Below, one piece after another: positions 1 through 10,190 of a stretch of 32,000 nucleotides of DNA. The stretch is taken from the sequence record OX922092.1; one strand, written 5' to 3'. Every line of letters starts with the position of its first letter. The stretch's first letter is position 1. The notes below the pieces were generated by a model. The model did not search any database, was not told the DNA's origin, and saw only the letters and a list, made by a program, of their open reading frames with translations. Position numbers and translations under genes: made by a program.

Positions 1-412
1 CTTTCACCATCTATGGTACAGGATTCAGCTGTTTCGTTTTTAGAAAATTTTTAAAGAGAAGAAATTTTTAACAGCTTCGCTGATTAGAAATTTCTCTTAT
101 TTTCTATTTTTTATAATGTCTTCCCACTACCCCCCATTCCCTAATGGAAATGGGTTTAGGCTGTTCCCGGTTCGCTCGCCGCTACTACGGGAATCGCGTT
201 TGCTTTCTTTTCCTCCAGCTACTAAGATGTTTCAATTCACTGGGTTGCCTCTTTCCAACTTATGAATTCTGTTGGAAGTTGTACAGGTTGCCCTATTCGG
301 GGATCTCCGGATCAAAGTTTGTTGCCAACTCCCCGGAGCGTTTCGCCGGTATCTGCGCCCTTCTTCGTCTCTGGGTGCCTAGGTCTCCACCGTAAGCCTA
401 AGTTCATTTGAC
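1..412 (-). rRNA. rrl: Plastid LSU (23S) rRNA, 5' end of the gene. It is partial and continues beyond the window start. A 5' piece (about 117-412) is separated from the next conserved block (1-37) by an AT-rich spacer.
   Basis: The reverse complement of 311-400 reads TAGGCTTACGGTGGAGACCTAGGCACCCAGAGACGAAGAAGGGCGCAGATACCGGCGAAACGCTCCGGGGAGTTGGCAAC. The reverse complement of 161-190 reads CCGTAGTAGCGGCGAGCGAACCGGGAACAG. Both are canonical 23S domain I. The position downstream of 16S-trnI-trnA fits the rrn operon order. Confidence 0.9.
38..116 (-). other. AT-rich internal spacer or insertion inside LSU rRNA domain I (7S/3S-type fragmentation spacer). Boundaries are approximate.
   Basis: Conserved 23S sequence stops near 117 (rc ...GGGGGGTAGTGGGAAGAC) and resumes near 37 (rc GAAACAGCTGAATCCTGTACCATAGATGGTGAAAG). 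The stretch between is about 80 nt of mostly A/T with no 23S similarity. Confidence 0.5.
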
Positions 413-554
413 CTATAATTTTTGTTTCTTGTTTCTTTTATTTATTTTTTTATTTAATAAATCGCTAAAAAAGGAGAGAAATTCTAAAAGGAGAAAAAAT
501 TCTAAAATAATTTTTTCTTTTTTCTCCTTTTATTTAACTCTCAATTCATAATTG

Positions 555-627
555 TGGAAATGACAGGTTTCGAACCCGCGACCCTCGCAATGCAAATGCG
601 ATGCTCTACCAACTGAGCTACATTCCC
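555..627 (-). tRNA. trnA: tRNA-Ala (anticodon UGC)
   Basis: The reverse complement is GGGAATGTAGCTCAGTTGGTAGAGCATCGCATTTGCATTGCGAGGGTCGCGGGTTCGAAACCTGTCATTTCCA. It folds as a cloverleaf with a 7-bp acceptor stem, anticodon loop TTTGCAT and T-loop GGTTCGAAACC. It sits in the 16S-23S spacer. Confidence 0.95.
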
Positions 628-789
628 TTAAACCATAAACTCGGATATACACAAAATAAAATATCATATTCGTTTTTTTATAAACGAGATCTCACGATAA
701 CTCCCTCTGGGGTTATCGTGACATATGATATATATTTATAACATATAAGAGAATATATATATATTCACATACCGTATATAAAATACGGG

Positions 790-863
<74 letters not shown>

Positions 864-1148
864 TCAAAAGTTCTTTTGAATAAGGATATATAAGGGTGAC
901 CTTAACCGAACGTATAATTTACGTTCGGTTAAGATCACCTTTTAAATAATTTTATATTATTGATTCTATCTCATTACGCTTTATAGATGGAAAAACTTTT
1001 ATTTTTCCATCTAACGCGTCAGCTCTCCAGGTAAGCCTAAACCCAAAGGGTTTACCGTTAGGCTAGGACCTTAGGTCCTAGTCTCCTGGTAGGAGGGTCA
1101 GATAGACGACGGACTATTGTCCTAGCCCTCCGGGAAATTTCTAAAAAG

Positions 1149-1755
<607 letters not shown>

Positions 1756-4073
1756 CAAAAGAGATTTATAACTATCCATTTTTCAATGGAATTTAGACTA
1801 TGCATTCATCTTTTATTAAAGGTTGTTAACCTTGAGGAACTCGATATGACTATGAGGGTGATCCCAAATAAATAATTAAACTTATTTAGGATCATAAAAA
1901 TTATTTACATACTGAAGAAAAGAACTTCAGACAAAATTAATAAAAACATTCTCACTAGTAAAAAAACGAATTAGTATTTCAGAAAAAATATAGATGTAAA
2001 AATTACCAATTGTTAACATAATTTTTTATTAATTTCTCGAATGAAAACTTGACGAATTAGACTAAAATCCTGAATTAACCAAAGACATACAAACTTAACG
2101 AGTGTAGTTGTCTATTAAATGATAATAAAAATCGATTGTGTTACCAGGCATATGAGAAGGATCCGAAAAAGATGGATTAAATCGCAGATCTATTATTTGT
2201 TTAGCAAATGCAGGATTATTATAAACCTCATTATTTTGTAATGCTAATGCCAAACGTTCAGTATGACGACGTCTAAATTCTAATCTATTAATATGAAGAT
2301 TATCTAAACGACTACTGACTTTTAATATATCTGCTTGACTTTTCCAAAAAATTCGATTACCTTTTTTACCTTTTTCTACTCCTACACCCTTTCGACTTGT
2401 TTCAAACCAAGAATTTAGTACTTTATAAAAACCTTGGTCTGCAAATTTCTCAGGATCATATAAGTCAGTAACACTAGCTGAAGCTACAAATTCAAGAGGT
2501 CTACGTTCACGTTGTGGTGTACCTTCTTCAGTTAAATGAGTAAATAAACCAATAGAAAAACTACCATCACCTTCAAAAACGCCTGTAAAATATTGACGTA
2601 ATTTGTTTAAGTTGGGGCTTTTAGATGAATATTTAGCAAAATTACTAAATTGTTGATTTAACGCTTTAGCTTCTTCTACTATTTCATCATACAAACCTTT
2701 ACCAAGTGATTGGACATCACGAGTTGGGTCGATTTTTAATCGCGCCAACCATTCTTCTTTTGTTAAAGCTCGCTCTGATGTAGCACGTTCAGACATTTTT
2801 AATTTAATAAAAACTAAACGACACTTTTCTGTAGTTTTAAAATTTTGATCACGTGACGATTTGATTTTCTCATTTAATTCGAGTGCTTTTTTTAGTAATA
2901 AATAATCTCTTAATTTACCATCAGCAAAACAAATCGAATTACTAAAGTTAAATTCTTCGCTTAATTTTTTTATTAGAATATTCACATTTTTATTATTTTC
3001 AATAACAACATTTACACCTTTTTCGTCACTTATATTTTTGGCATTCTTTAATGTTCTAGGATTTAGAGTCGTTCTTATATCTTGTTTTGTAAAAAACGGT
3101 TGAATTCTATATTTTGCAAAATTATAACGTTTTTGACCAAAAGTAAGAAAAACTCTAGGACAAAAAGATCCATCTCTCCTTGTCCACATAAAAGAAAAAG
3201 TACCATCTGTTTGTAACAAACCAGCTATATAAGCCCATGTTATAGGTTCATCGCTATAAGTTTGTTGTTGGTTTTCCGAATTGACTAATTCATCATAGTT
3301 ATATTCTGTAATATGTTTAGTCATAAAAAAAAAGAGTTCCTTAAAAGAGCTGGCCGTATTACTATACATTAGTATAGTCCATTCTTATTTACTTTTTTTA
3401 AAAAAGTAAACTATCTCAACTAAGATACGAATGAGTCGTTACAGACTTTAAAATACCTTACACCAAACTAATATAACTATACGAGCACTAAAAGCAAAGT
3501 TTCCAATTTTGTTCCAAGTGCTTACAGTTTTTATTTTTTTTTATAAAAAAATAAAAACCTGCCTTCTTCGAAGAAAAATGCCTTGCCTTTACTCTTTAGA
3601 ATAACTTAGGTTTCTAGCCGTGTTAAAACTAAAAAGTTTCAGATTCACATTAAAATCCTAACCAATTACCATAGTGTGGCTATCACTTTTGTTTTTCTGT
3701 TGGAATGGCCTAAGGCTTGACGAACAAAGACAAGGTAGACCCTTTATGCTCCTGCTTAACTGCAGCTCCTCCAGTAAAAAACTTATACTTTCTTATAGAA
3801 TGTAAATAAAATGTGATTGGTAAAAATGATTTTGAATATGGAATACAGCATAAATCATTACTGTAATGTGCGGCCCATATATTAGTTTTTAGTGTATATT
3901 CTAAAATCCACGACGTTGCCGAGAGTTCTCGATTTTCGTCGTTTTGAGCCAGTTTTTTGCCTTACATAACAATAAACTTTATTGTTATGCCACTATTTCT
4001 TTTTTGACGAGAAGACTTTTAGTGTTTAAAAGACCATAGCTTTTCGCAAAGCCACTAGGCAGATTATCGGTTT
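1756..4073 (-). mobile_element. Group I intron in rrs (after about E. coli U943), 2.3 kb, carrying a LAGLIDADG ORF
   Basis: The 5' exon ends ...CAATAGGT and the intron begins AAACCGATAATCTGCCTAGTGG, where GCCTA can pair with the exon UAGGU (P1 with U:G). The intron ends ...TCTCTTTTG before GGATTATGCGG. Confidence 0.7.
2095..3369 (-). CDS. Double-motif LAGLIDADG homing endonuclease, 424 aa (intron-encoded). The true start may be an internal Met.
   Basis: The motifs are WAYIAGLLQTDGTFSF and QYFTGVFEGDGSFSIG. It lies inside the rrs intron on the same strand. Confidence 0.85.
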   Translation of the reverse strand: MYSNTASSFKELFFFMTKHITEYNYDELVNSENQQQTYSDEPITWAYIAGLLQTDGTFSFMWTRRDGSFCPRVFLTFGQKRYNFAKYRIQPFFTKQDIRTTLNPRTLKNAKNISDEKGVNVVIENNKNVNILIKKLSEEFNFSNSICFADGKLRDYLLLKKALELNEKIKSSRDQNFKTTEKCRLVFIKLKMSERATSERALTKEEWLARLKIDPTRDVQSLGKGLYDEIVEEAKALNQQFSNFAKYSSKSPNLNKLRQYFTGVFEGDGSFSIGLFTHLTEEGTPQRERRPLEFVASASVTDLYDPEKFADQGFYKVLNSWFETSRKGVGVEKGKKGNRIFWKSQADILKVSSRLDNLHINRLEFRRRHTERLALALQNNEVYNNPAFAKQIIDLRFNPSFSDPSHMPGNTIDFYYHLIDNYTR

Positions 4074-4477
<404 letters not shown>

Positions 4478-5996
4478 CGGTTAACACCCTATTTTTCAAT
4501 AGAGACCAGACTATATCTTATCCTTAGCAAAACCCTTAGGTTGTTATGGTTAAACCATGTGTAACTATTTGTAAAGTCTCTTAACAATATCCATTGCACT
4601 TTCATAAGTTAATGAACGTTTAGGACCTTTACGAGGCTTTTGCCCAACTTTAAAAATTTTAAATAAAAGTTTATCCATGATACCATGTTGGTAGGCACGG
4701 TCACCACTAAAAGATTTATAAAGAACACCTTGTTCTCTAAGGTTTTGTGTTTCTTTCATTAATTCGAAATCACTTCTTTTAGTATCACCACGTAAACCTC
4801 CACAATCATCAATAAATTTAATGATCTTTTTTACTTCTTTAGCATCACGAATTTGAACTTGATAAGCGTTTTTACCTGTTGTTTTGCGAAAATCGTTTAT
4901 TCTTAATGGTTTTAAACCTAAAGCTTTTTCAAAATCTGTAAAAACACTTTTAGAACCTAACTCTAAAGTTAGAGTAACATAGATAGAAAATGACAAATAG
5001 CTAATGTATTCGTTTTTGTCGTTTTTTTCTGCGTGACACGCTACGTGAAAACCACCATCACCATCTAATAAACCTAACCAAAAATCACAAGGAATTTTAG
5101 CAGGGTCAGTTGGTTTTAACGTTTTTTCTACATTTTCTATAATATTTTTAGCAGATCCTGCACTTTTACCAACTATGTTAAATATTTCTTCGTGCTCGGC
5201 ACGTGATTTTGTTTGTACATTTGTAGGTAAATCTTGATCAATGTAGCTTTCTTTGTGAAAGCTATGTCTAATATCAATTTTTTCTTCTTTAGAAAAAGTG
5301 ATATTTGAGTAAGTAAGTGCTAAAAGCTTAAGATCTCTTTGCTTGTTTGCGAGTAAAGGTGTTTCAACACCAGTAACTTTGAACCAAGCGTCTTGGTATA
5401 AAGATATGATCTTTTTAATACCTTCAACGCTTTGTACCCTGATTGAGGGTGCTCTACCAGCTTCCCCTATTTCGGGATCTGAAGGAACTCCTTCTTCATA
5501 ACCAGAATAAACACCAATTCTCTTTAAAAAGTCAATTGACTGATCTAAAGTGTTGGTGTTAGTTAAGCTAGCTAATTTAAATACTGGTTTGAATACTGGT
5601 TCAACTCCCCTTACAAGTACATAAAAACCACCATCACTTTGGGTTAAACCCATAAAATAAAAAATTTCTTTTAAGTTAACGTTCATTAATTATCTCCTTC
5701 ATTTAAAACTATTATTTATAAATTCAAAATACTTTCATTTATATTCAGGAAAAATTCTTTTCCTGGTTACACATAACTAGGTTTCTATTTATGCGCTAAG
5801 GTTCTGCGTATTACCGATTTTGTTTAAAATATTATAGATAAACAATAATCAGTCTCCCCTTTCGGGTCAGTCGTTAAGGGGCTATCTCTTTAAAGAGAAG
5901 CTTCCCTTGAAATTACCATACTTTACAGCGTAGGCTCCTTCAATATAAGCAGAATTCTTAATATACCTTAAGGTATATTGCGGCAATTTAAGCCAA
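4478..5996 (-). mobile_element. Group I intron in rrs (after about E. coli U531), carrying a LAGLIDADG ORF
   Basis: The 5' exon ends ...GCCGCGGT and the intron begins TTGGCTTAAATTGCCGCAAT, where GCCGC can pair with the exon GCGGU (P1 with U:G). The intron ends ...TTAACCG before the exon AATACAGG. Confidence 0.75.
4565..5686 (-). CDS. Double-motif LAGLIDADG homing endonuclease, 373 aa (intron-encoded)
   Basis: The motifs are IFYFMGLTQSDGGFYV and DFWLGLLDGDGGFHVA. It lies inside the rrs intron on the same strand. Confidence 0.85.
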   Translation of the reverse strand: MNVNLKEIFYFMGLTQSDGGFYVLVRGVEPVFKPVFKLASLTNTNTLDQSIDFLKRIGVYSGYEEGVPSDPEIGEAGRAPSIRVQSVEGIKKIISLYQDAWFKVTGVETPLLANKQRDLKLLALTYSNITFSKEEKIDIRHSFHKESYIDQDLPTNVQTKSRAEHEEIFNIVGKSAGSAKNIIENVEKTLKPTDPAKIPCDFWLGLLDGDGGFHVACHAEKNDKNEYISYLSFSIYVTLTLELGSKSVFTDFEKALGLKPLRINDFRKTTGKNAYQVQIRDAKEVKKIIKFIDDCGGLRGDTKRSDFELMKETQNLREQGVLYKSFSGDRAYQHGIMDKLLFKIFKVGQKPRKGPKRSLTYESAMDIVKRLYK

Positions 5997-6019
5997 ACCG
6001 CGGCTGCTGGCACAGAGTT
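5997..6019 (-). rRNA. rrs: 16S rRNA exon 2, a 23-nt mini-exon (AACTCTGTGCCAGCAGCCGCGGT, the 530-loop region)
   Basis: The reverse complement of 5997-6019 is exactly the universally conserved 515-531 block plus the 5' AACTCT. It is flanked on both sides by non-rRNA sequence. Both flanking introns end in G, and both upstream exons end in T. Confidence 0.75.
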
Positions 6020-6165
6020 CATGTAGCCCAAAGTTTATAACTTCGGCATAGACTATACATTCTACTTTTTATTTTCTTTTTTTTAAGTAGTCGGCGTTTT
6101 ATAAGACTTAAGTTTTCCAACTGGATTAACTATCATCTTATCTCGTACTCGGCTTTTGCCTTTCC

Positions 6166-6819
6166 TCAGTCGTTACGGGGTCTACGTAATTCATTTAACT
6201 TATAAACCATAGAAGGTACTTCTCTTACAATAGGATCAATTACCTTAATTAAGTTTCCAAAGGTTGATGCTGGTATAGTTATATACCACTGACCACTTAT
6301 TTCTGTATGCTTAACTATATGACAGTTAATATTAAATTTTCGTAAATAATCACAAAGAAGTTCATTTTCTTCTTTTGAAAAACCTTGAGATGCTATCTTT
6401 CCTGCATAACAATCATTACGAATACTACCATCATCTAAATACCATACAGCTACTACTAAAGGATCAACAGGTAATTTATCTATTACTTCTTGAGTTATTG
6501 TTTTTCTGTATCTTCCATTAGGAAGTTTTTTATACATTAACTCATGTATTTCTTTCAAATAATTACCTGAATCTGTATAAAATTCGATTCTTTCGAATTT
6601 TCCTTTTTCGAGATAGATTTTGGGTGGTTGAGTTTTTTTACATCTATTTATAAGTTTATTATGTTTCCAATATACATAGTCGGCTTGATGTATACTATGC
6701 GCTACTCTATAGCGATAACTACCATCACGTCGAACTAAAACTTCATCACCTAAAAGACCTCCTATTAAGATAGCTTTTTCCTCATTGTTAAGAGGATTGT
6801 TTTTATTTAAAATATTCAT
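6166..6819 (-). CDS. LAGLIDADG homing endonuclease, 217 aa (intron-encoded)
   Basis: The two motifs are KAILIGGLLGDEVL and LVVAVWYLDDGSIRND. The size and two-motif layout are typical of monomeric LAGLIDADG enzymes. It lies inside the rrs intron on the same strand. The stop codon is TGA. Confidence 0.8.
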   Translation of the reverse strand: MNILNKNNPLNNEEKAILIGGLLGDEVLVRRDGSYRYRVAHSIHQADYVYWKHNKLINRCKKTQPPKIYLEKGKFERIEFYTDSGNYLKEIHELMYKKLPNGRYRKTITQEVIDKLPVDPLVVAVWYLDDGSIRNDCYAGKIASQGFSKEENELLCDYLRKFNINCHIVKHTEISGQWYITIPASTFGNLIKVIDPIVREVPSMVYKLNELRRPRND

Positions 6820-6891
6820 ATGTTTTTTTATTAATTTTTACATTTTTTATTTATTAAATTTGAACAACCGTTAATACCGGTACCTTTGACA

Positions 6892-6982
6892 GGTGTCATT
6901 AGGTGTCATGGAGGGTCATCGGGGGTCGTCGAGGGTCGTCGACACTCGTCGACACTCGTCGACACTCGTCGACACTCGTCGA
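6892..6982. repeat. GC-rich minisatellite with 10-bp period inside the rrs intron (GTCGACACTC x4 preceded by degenerate units)
   Basis: The sequence reads ggtgtcatta ggtgtcatgg agggtcatcg ggggtcgtcg agggtcgtcg acactcgtcg acactcgtcg acactcgtcg acactcgtcg. Confidence 0.9.
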
Positions 6983-7154
6983 AGAACTCCTAATCCAAAT
7001 AAACCCTTTCCACCGGTTTTAAAAAAAATAAGAAGAATTACATATTTAAGACTTCCCACGATATCACCCTCTTCGTTATTATGAAGTTAAGGATTCATCG
7101 TTATGAGCCGAAAATTTTCCCTGTTTTTCACAAAACAGGAGGCCAATCTCAGTT

Positions 7155-7618
<464 letters not shown>

Positions 7619-7718
7619 GATATTTTTTTTTCTTTATCTTATATTATTAAGATAATAGATTACAGAAAATTTACGTACGAGCGTACTCGCGATAGTAAAT
7701 TTTCTTTTTAAAAACAAA

Positions 7719-7776
7719 TCGGAAAAAACCTTTGGTTTTTTCCTCAGGACAAAACAACTTTGTTGTTTTGTCCGCC
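7719..7776. repeat. Dispersed double-hairpin element, copy 1, about 100 nt upstream of the 16S 5' end
   Basis: The sequence is tcGGAAAAAACCtttGGTTTTTTCCtcaGGACAAAACAACtttGTTGTTTTGTCCgcc, which forms two adjacent perfect stem-loops. A near-identical copy lies at 12936-12993. Confidence 0.9.
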
Positions 7777-8100
7777 TGTATCAAAATTTCATATTTTTCA
7801 ATACAATATTGTTTTTATTTTCTACTTAACAAAATTCACTATGTGAATTCTGTTTTTTATTTTATGTTTTTTCTCATTAGTTTTAAACCTAACATTAGAA
7901 ATTCTAAACAGAAGAAAATTCACTTCACTTTGTGAATTTTTTATTTTCTTTTGTAATTGAAAAAACATTTTTTTTTTTTGAACATTCCCTTGCTTCTTAA
8001 TTTATCAGAATTGTTTCGTTTGTCAATTCTCATCTTTTTCGTTTTTATTCTTATAAGTACCCTTATTTATTTTTTTTTTTTTATTTTTCCGAACCCGCCT

Positions 8101-9150
8101 TTAATCCACAATCAGATCAATTGAAAATGAAACGAGATTTTCAATTCGGAAAAAACCTTTAGACGACGGACCAAGTCCTAGCCTTCCAGGAATTTTATTT
8201 TCTTTAGGTTCACTAATTTTATATTTATAAATGTCACGAATAATCTTGTTGTAGGCGGGTTCGTCAATTTTGATTTCCAAAATAGTAAATAAAACAGATG
8301 CATCTTGCATGGCGTAAATACAATAAAGATACGTGTGATTTATTAAGGCTAAATCCATACGTTCTTTGAAATCGTCTAATAAATTTTTGTTTGATGTATC
8401 TAAACCACAAGACGACATAATAGTTTCTAAAGAACCTACATCTATACCAAATAAATCATTTAACTTTATGTCAAAATTATTTCTAGGTATTGTACCTGAT
8501 AAATCTTCAACAAAAAACATTTTACCAGTATAATTACGCTTACGTGCAATGTGTTTTTTCTTACCTAAATAATAAGGAAGCATATTTGCTTCCCCAAAAC
8601 CTATAGTCAGATCTTTTAATGAATAGAAGAAATATAAGTTAAAAATGAAGTTTTTAACAAAAGCAGGCGGGTGCGCTGAGAAATTATAATTGTATTCCTG
8701 CATTAAAGTAATAAGGAAAAATTGCGTTACAAAATAATCTGTTTCAGAATTTAAATCTGCAAAATATACAAATAAATCTTCATCAGAAATAAATTGTTCT
8801 AATTCAGAATGATTTAATTTATCTTTATAGAAATCATTAATAATAAGTACTTTAAAATCTAAACTAGTATTATCTATTTTACCTTTAAAATATAATTGAA
8901 TAGATAAATAATTATGTGAAATTAAATGTCCTGTATTCGAATCAAATTCTTTATTTTTTGGCAAATATTCTGTATCTAAATATACTTCAAAAAAAGAAGT
9001 TTTCTTTGATTTATCTTTTAATTCATTTTCAAAAGATTCACTTTCCACCTCTAATTCATTTTCACGTTCTAACTCCTCAGTCATATCTAATACTTCATAT
9101 TTATCAAAGTCAGAAGTAGTCATATCCATAATATTTGTGTTAATATTCAT
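8101..9150 (-). CDS. Orphan 349-aa ORF. It may be a truncated DEDD 3'-5' exonuclease domain of a protein-primed (plasmid/viral-type) family-B DNA polymerase. The C-terminal ~30 aa are encoded by dispersed-repeat sequence.
   Basis: It is a long ORF in AT-rich DNA. Candidate Exo I is FEVYLDTEY (DxE), Exo II is FFYSLKDLTIGF, and Exo III is YCIYAMQDASVLF (Yx3D), spaced about 110 and 100 aa apart. The tail PGRLGLGPSSKGFFRIEN is encoded by the repeats at 8147-8183. This is motif-level inference only. Confidence 0.35.
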   Translation of the reverse strand: MNINTNIMDMTTSDFDKYEVLDMTEELERENELEVESESFENELKDKSKKTSFFEVYLDTEYLPKNKEFDSNTGHLISHNYLSIQLYFKGKIDNTSLDFKVLIINDFYKDKLNHSELEQFISDEDLFVYFADLNSETDYFVTQFFLITLMQEYNYNFSAHPPAFVKNFIFNLYFFYSLKDLTIGFGEANMLPYYLGKKKHIARKRNYTGKMFFVEDLSGTIPRNNFDIKLNDLFGIDVGSLETIMSSCGLDTSNKNLLDDFKERMDLALINHTYLYCIYAMQDASVLFTILEIKIDEPAYNKIIRDIYKYKISEPKENKIPGRLGLGPSSKGFFRIENLVSFSIDLIVD

Positions 9151-9179
9151 AATTATAAGAAAAATTTAATTTTATAAAA

Positions 9180-9253
9180 TACCGTCTTAATGTCAAAAGC
9201 TTTTTGACAATTACCGTCTTGATGTCAAGAGCATCCTGACGTTAGACGGTATC
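9180..9253. repeat. Direct and inverted repeat cluster immediately upstream of the 349-aa ORF
   Basis: The sequence taccgtcttaatgtcaaaagc (9180-9200) is repeated as taccgtcttgatgtcaagagc (9212-9232). An inverted copy, agacggta, lies within 9241-9253. There is also an internal palindrome, gtcaaaagctttttgac. Confidence 0.8.
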
Positions 9254-9597
9254 TTAATTTTTTAGATAATTTCTACTGTTTTTTTCTTTTCATTGTATAT
9301 AGGGGTTCATTTAATTTGTTTTGGAATACAACGAAAAGAAAGTTAAGTTAAAACAATTTAAATACAATAAAATGATTAGTTAAGAACTAATTATCAAAAA
9401 GATTAGAGAAAAATTAAAGGATTCCTTTTGGCCCCCCTTTTTTCCCTTTGTCAGAAAGAACTACTACAAAAACTCTTAAAGAGCGGAAGAACCAAAAAAC
9501 AGCTAACAGCTTTAAACTTTTTGAAGAATTAAAATGGCGGGTCGTTTTTTAAAAACCATTTTAATTAAAATAATGACTAAATAAACGTGTACGAAAA

Positions 9598-10190
9598 CAT
9601 ATTTAAAATGATGTACTACTTTAAAATGATGTACTACACGATTACCAGGCGTATTGTAAACTGTAAAATAAAAAAATCTTAAATAAAAAAATCTTAAATA
9701 AACAAATCTTAAATAAACAAATCTTAAATAAACAAATCTTAAATAAACAAATCTTAAATAAACAAAAAAACAAAACAATCAAAATCATCAAAATCATCAA
9801 GATCATCAAGATCATCAAGATCATCAAGATCATCAAGCGAACCCGCCTAGTTAAACAACTAATTTTAATGCTAATTCTAATTCTAATTCTAATTCTAATT
9901 CTAAGGCTAATTTTTAATACTAATTCTAGTGAAAGAACTAATGCTAATTCTAGTGAAAAAACTAATGCTAATTCTAGTGAAAAAACTAAAAAACTAATGC
10001 TAATTCTAGTGAAAGAACTAATGATAATGCTAATGATAATGCTAATGATAATGATAATGATAATGATAATGATAATGATAATGCTAATTCTAGTGAAAGA
10101 ACTAATTATAATGATAATGCTAATGATAATGCTAATGATAATGATAATGCTAAAAAAAAAAGAAGCTCCAGCTCTAGACAATAATAATCC
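9598..10190. repeat. Composite tandem-repeat block with at least six different unit types
   Basis: The units are:
- tttaaaatgatgtactac x2
- aaatcttaaataaaca-type 16-mer, about x7
- atcatcaag 9-mer, about x6
- ctaatt 6-mer x5
- ctaattctagtgaaa(g/a)aactaatg 24-mer x4
- (ataatg/ctaatg)n microsatellite. Confidence 0.95.

Larger units (their letters stand above)
6020..7154 (-). mobile_element. Group I intron in rrs (after about E. coli U508), carrying a LAGLIDADG ORF
   Basis: The 5' exon ends in U and the intron ends in G (...CTACATG|AACTCTG). The candidate P1 has exon GGCU pairing with GGCC, which lies 10 nt into the intron (AACUGAGAUUGGCC) and gives the U:G pair. A free-standing LAGLIDADG ORF lies inside. 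Confidence 0.72.

Noticed and set aside
144-395. 83-aa + strand ORF
   Set aside because: It lies antisense to unmistakable 23S rRNA domain I sequence. It is an artefact of GC-richer rRNA lacking stops.
7732-7935. 67-aa + strand ORF in the rrs upstream spacer
   Set aside because: It is AT-rich and low in complexity (F/L/I/N/K) and overlaps dispersed repeats, with no recognisable family.
8916-9119. 67-aa + strand ORF
   Set aside because: It is antisense to the 349-aa ORF and is low-complexity AT-rich translation.
9598-10190. Possible CRISPR array
   Set aside because: The repeats are directly adjacent with no unique spacers. The units are 6-24 bp, the DNA is organellar, and there are no cas genes.
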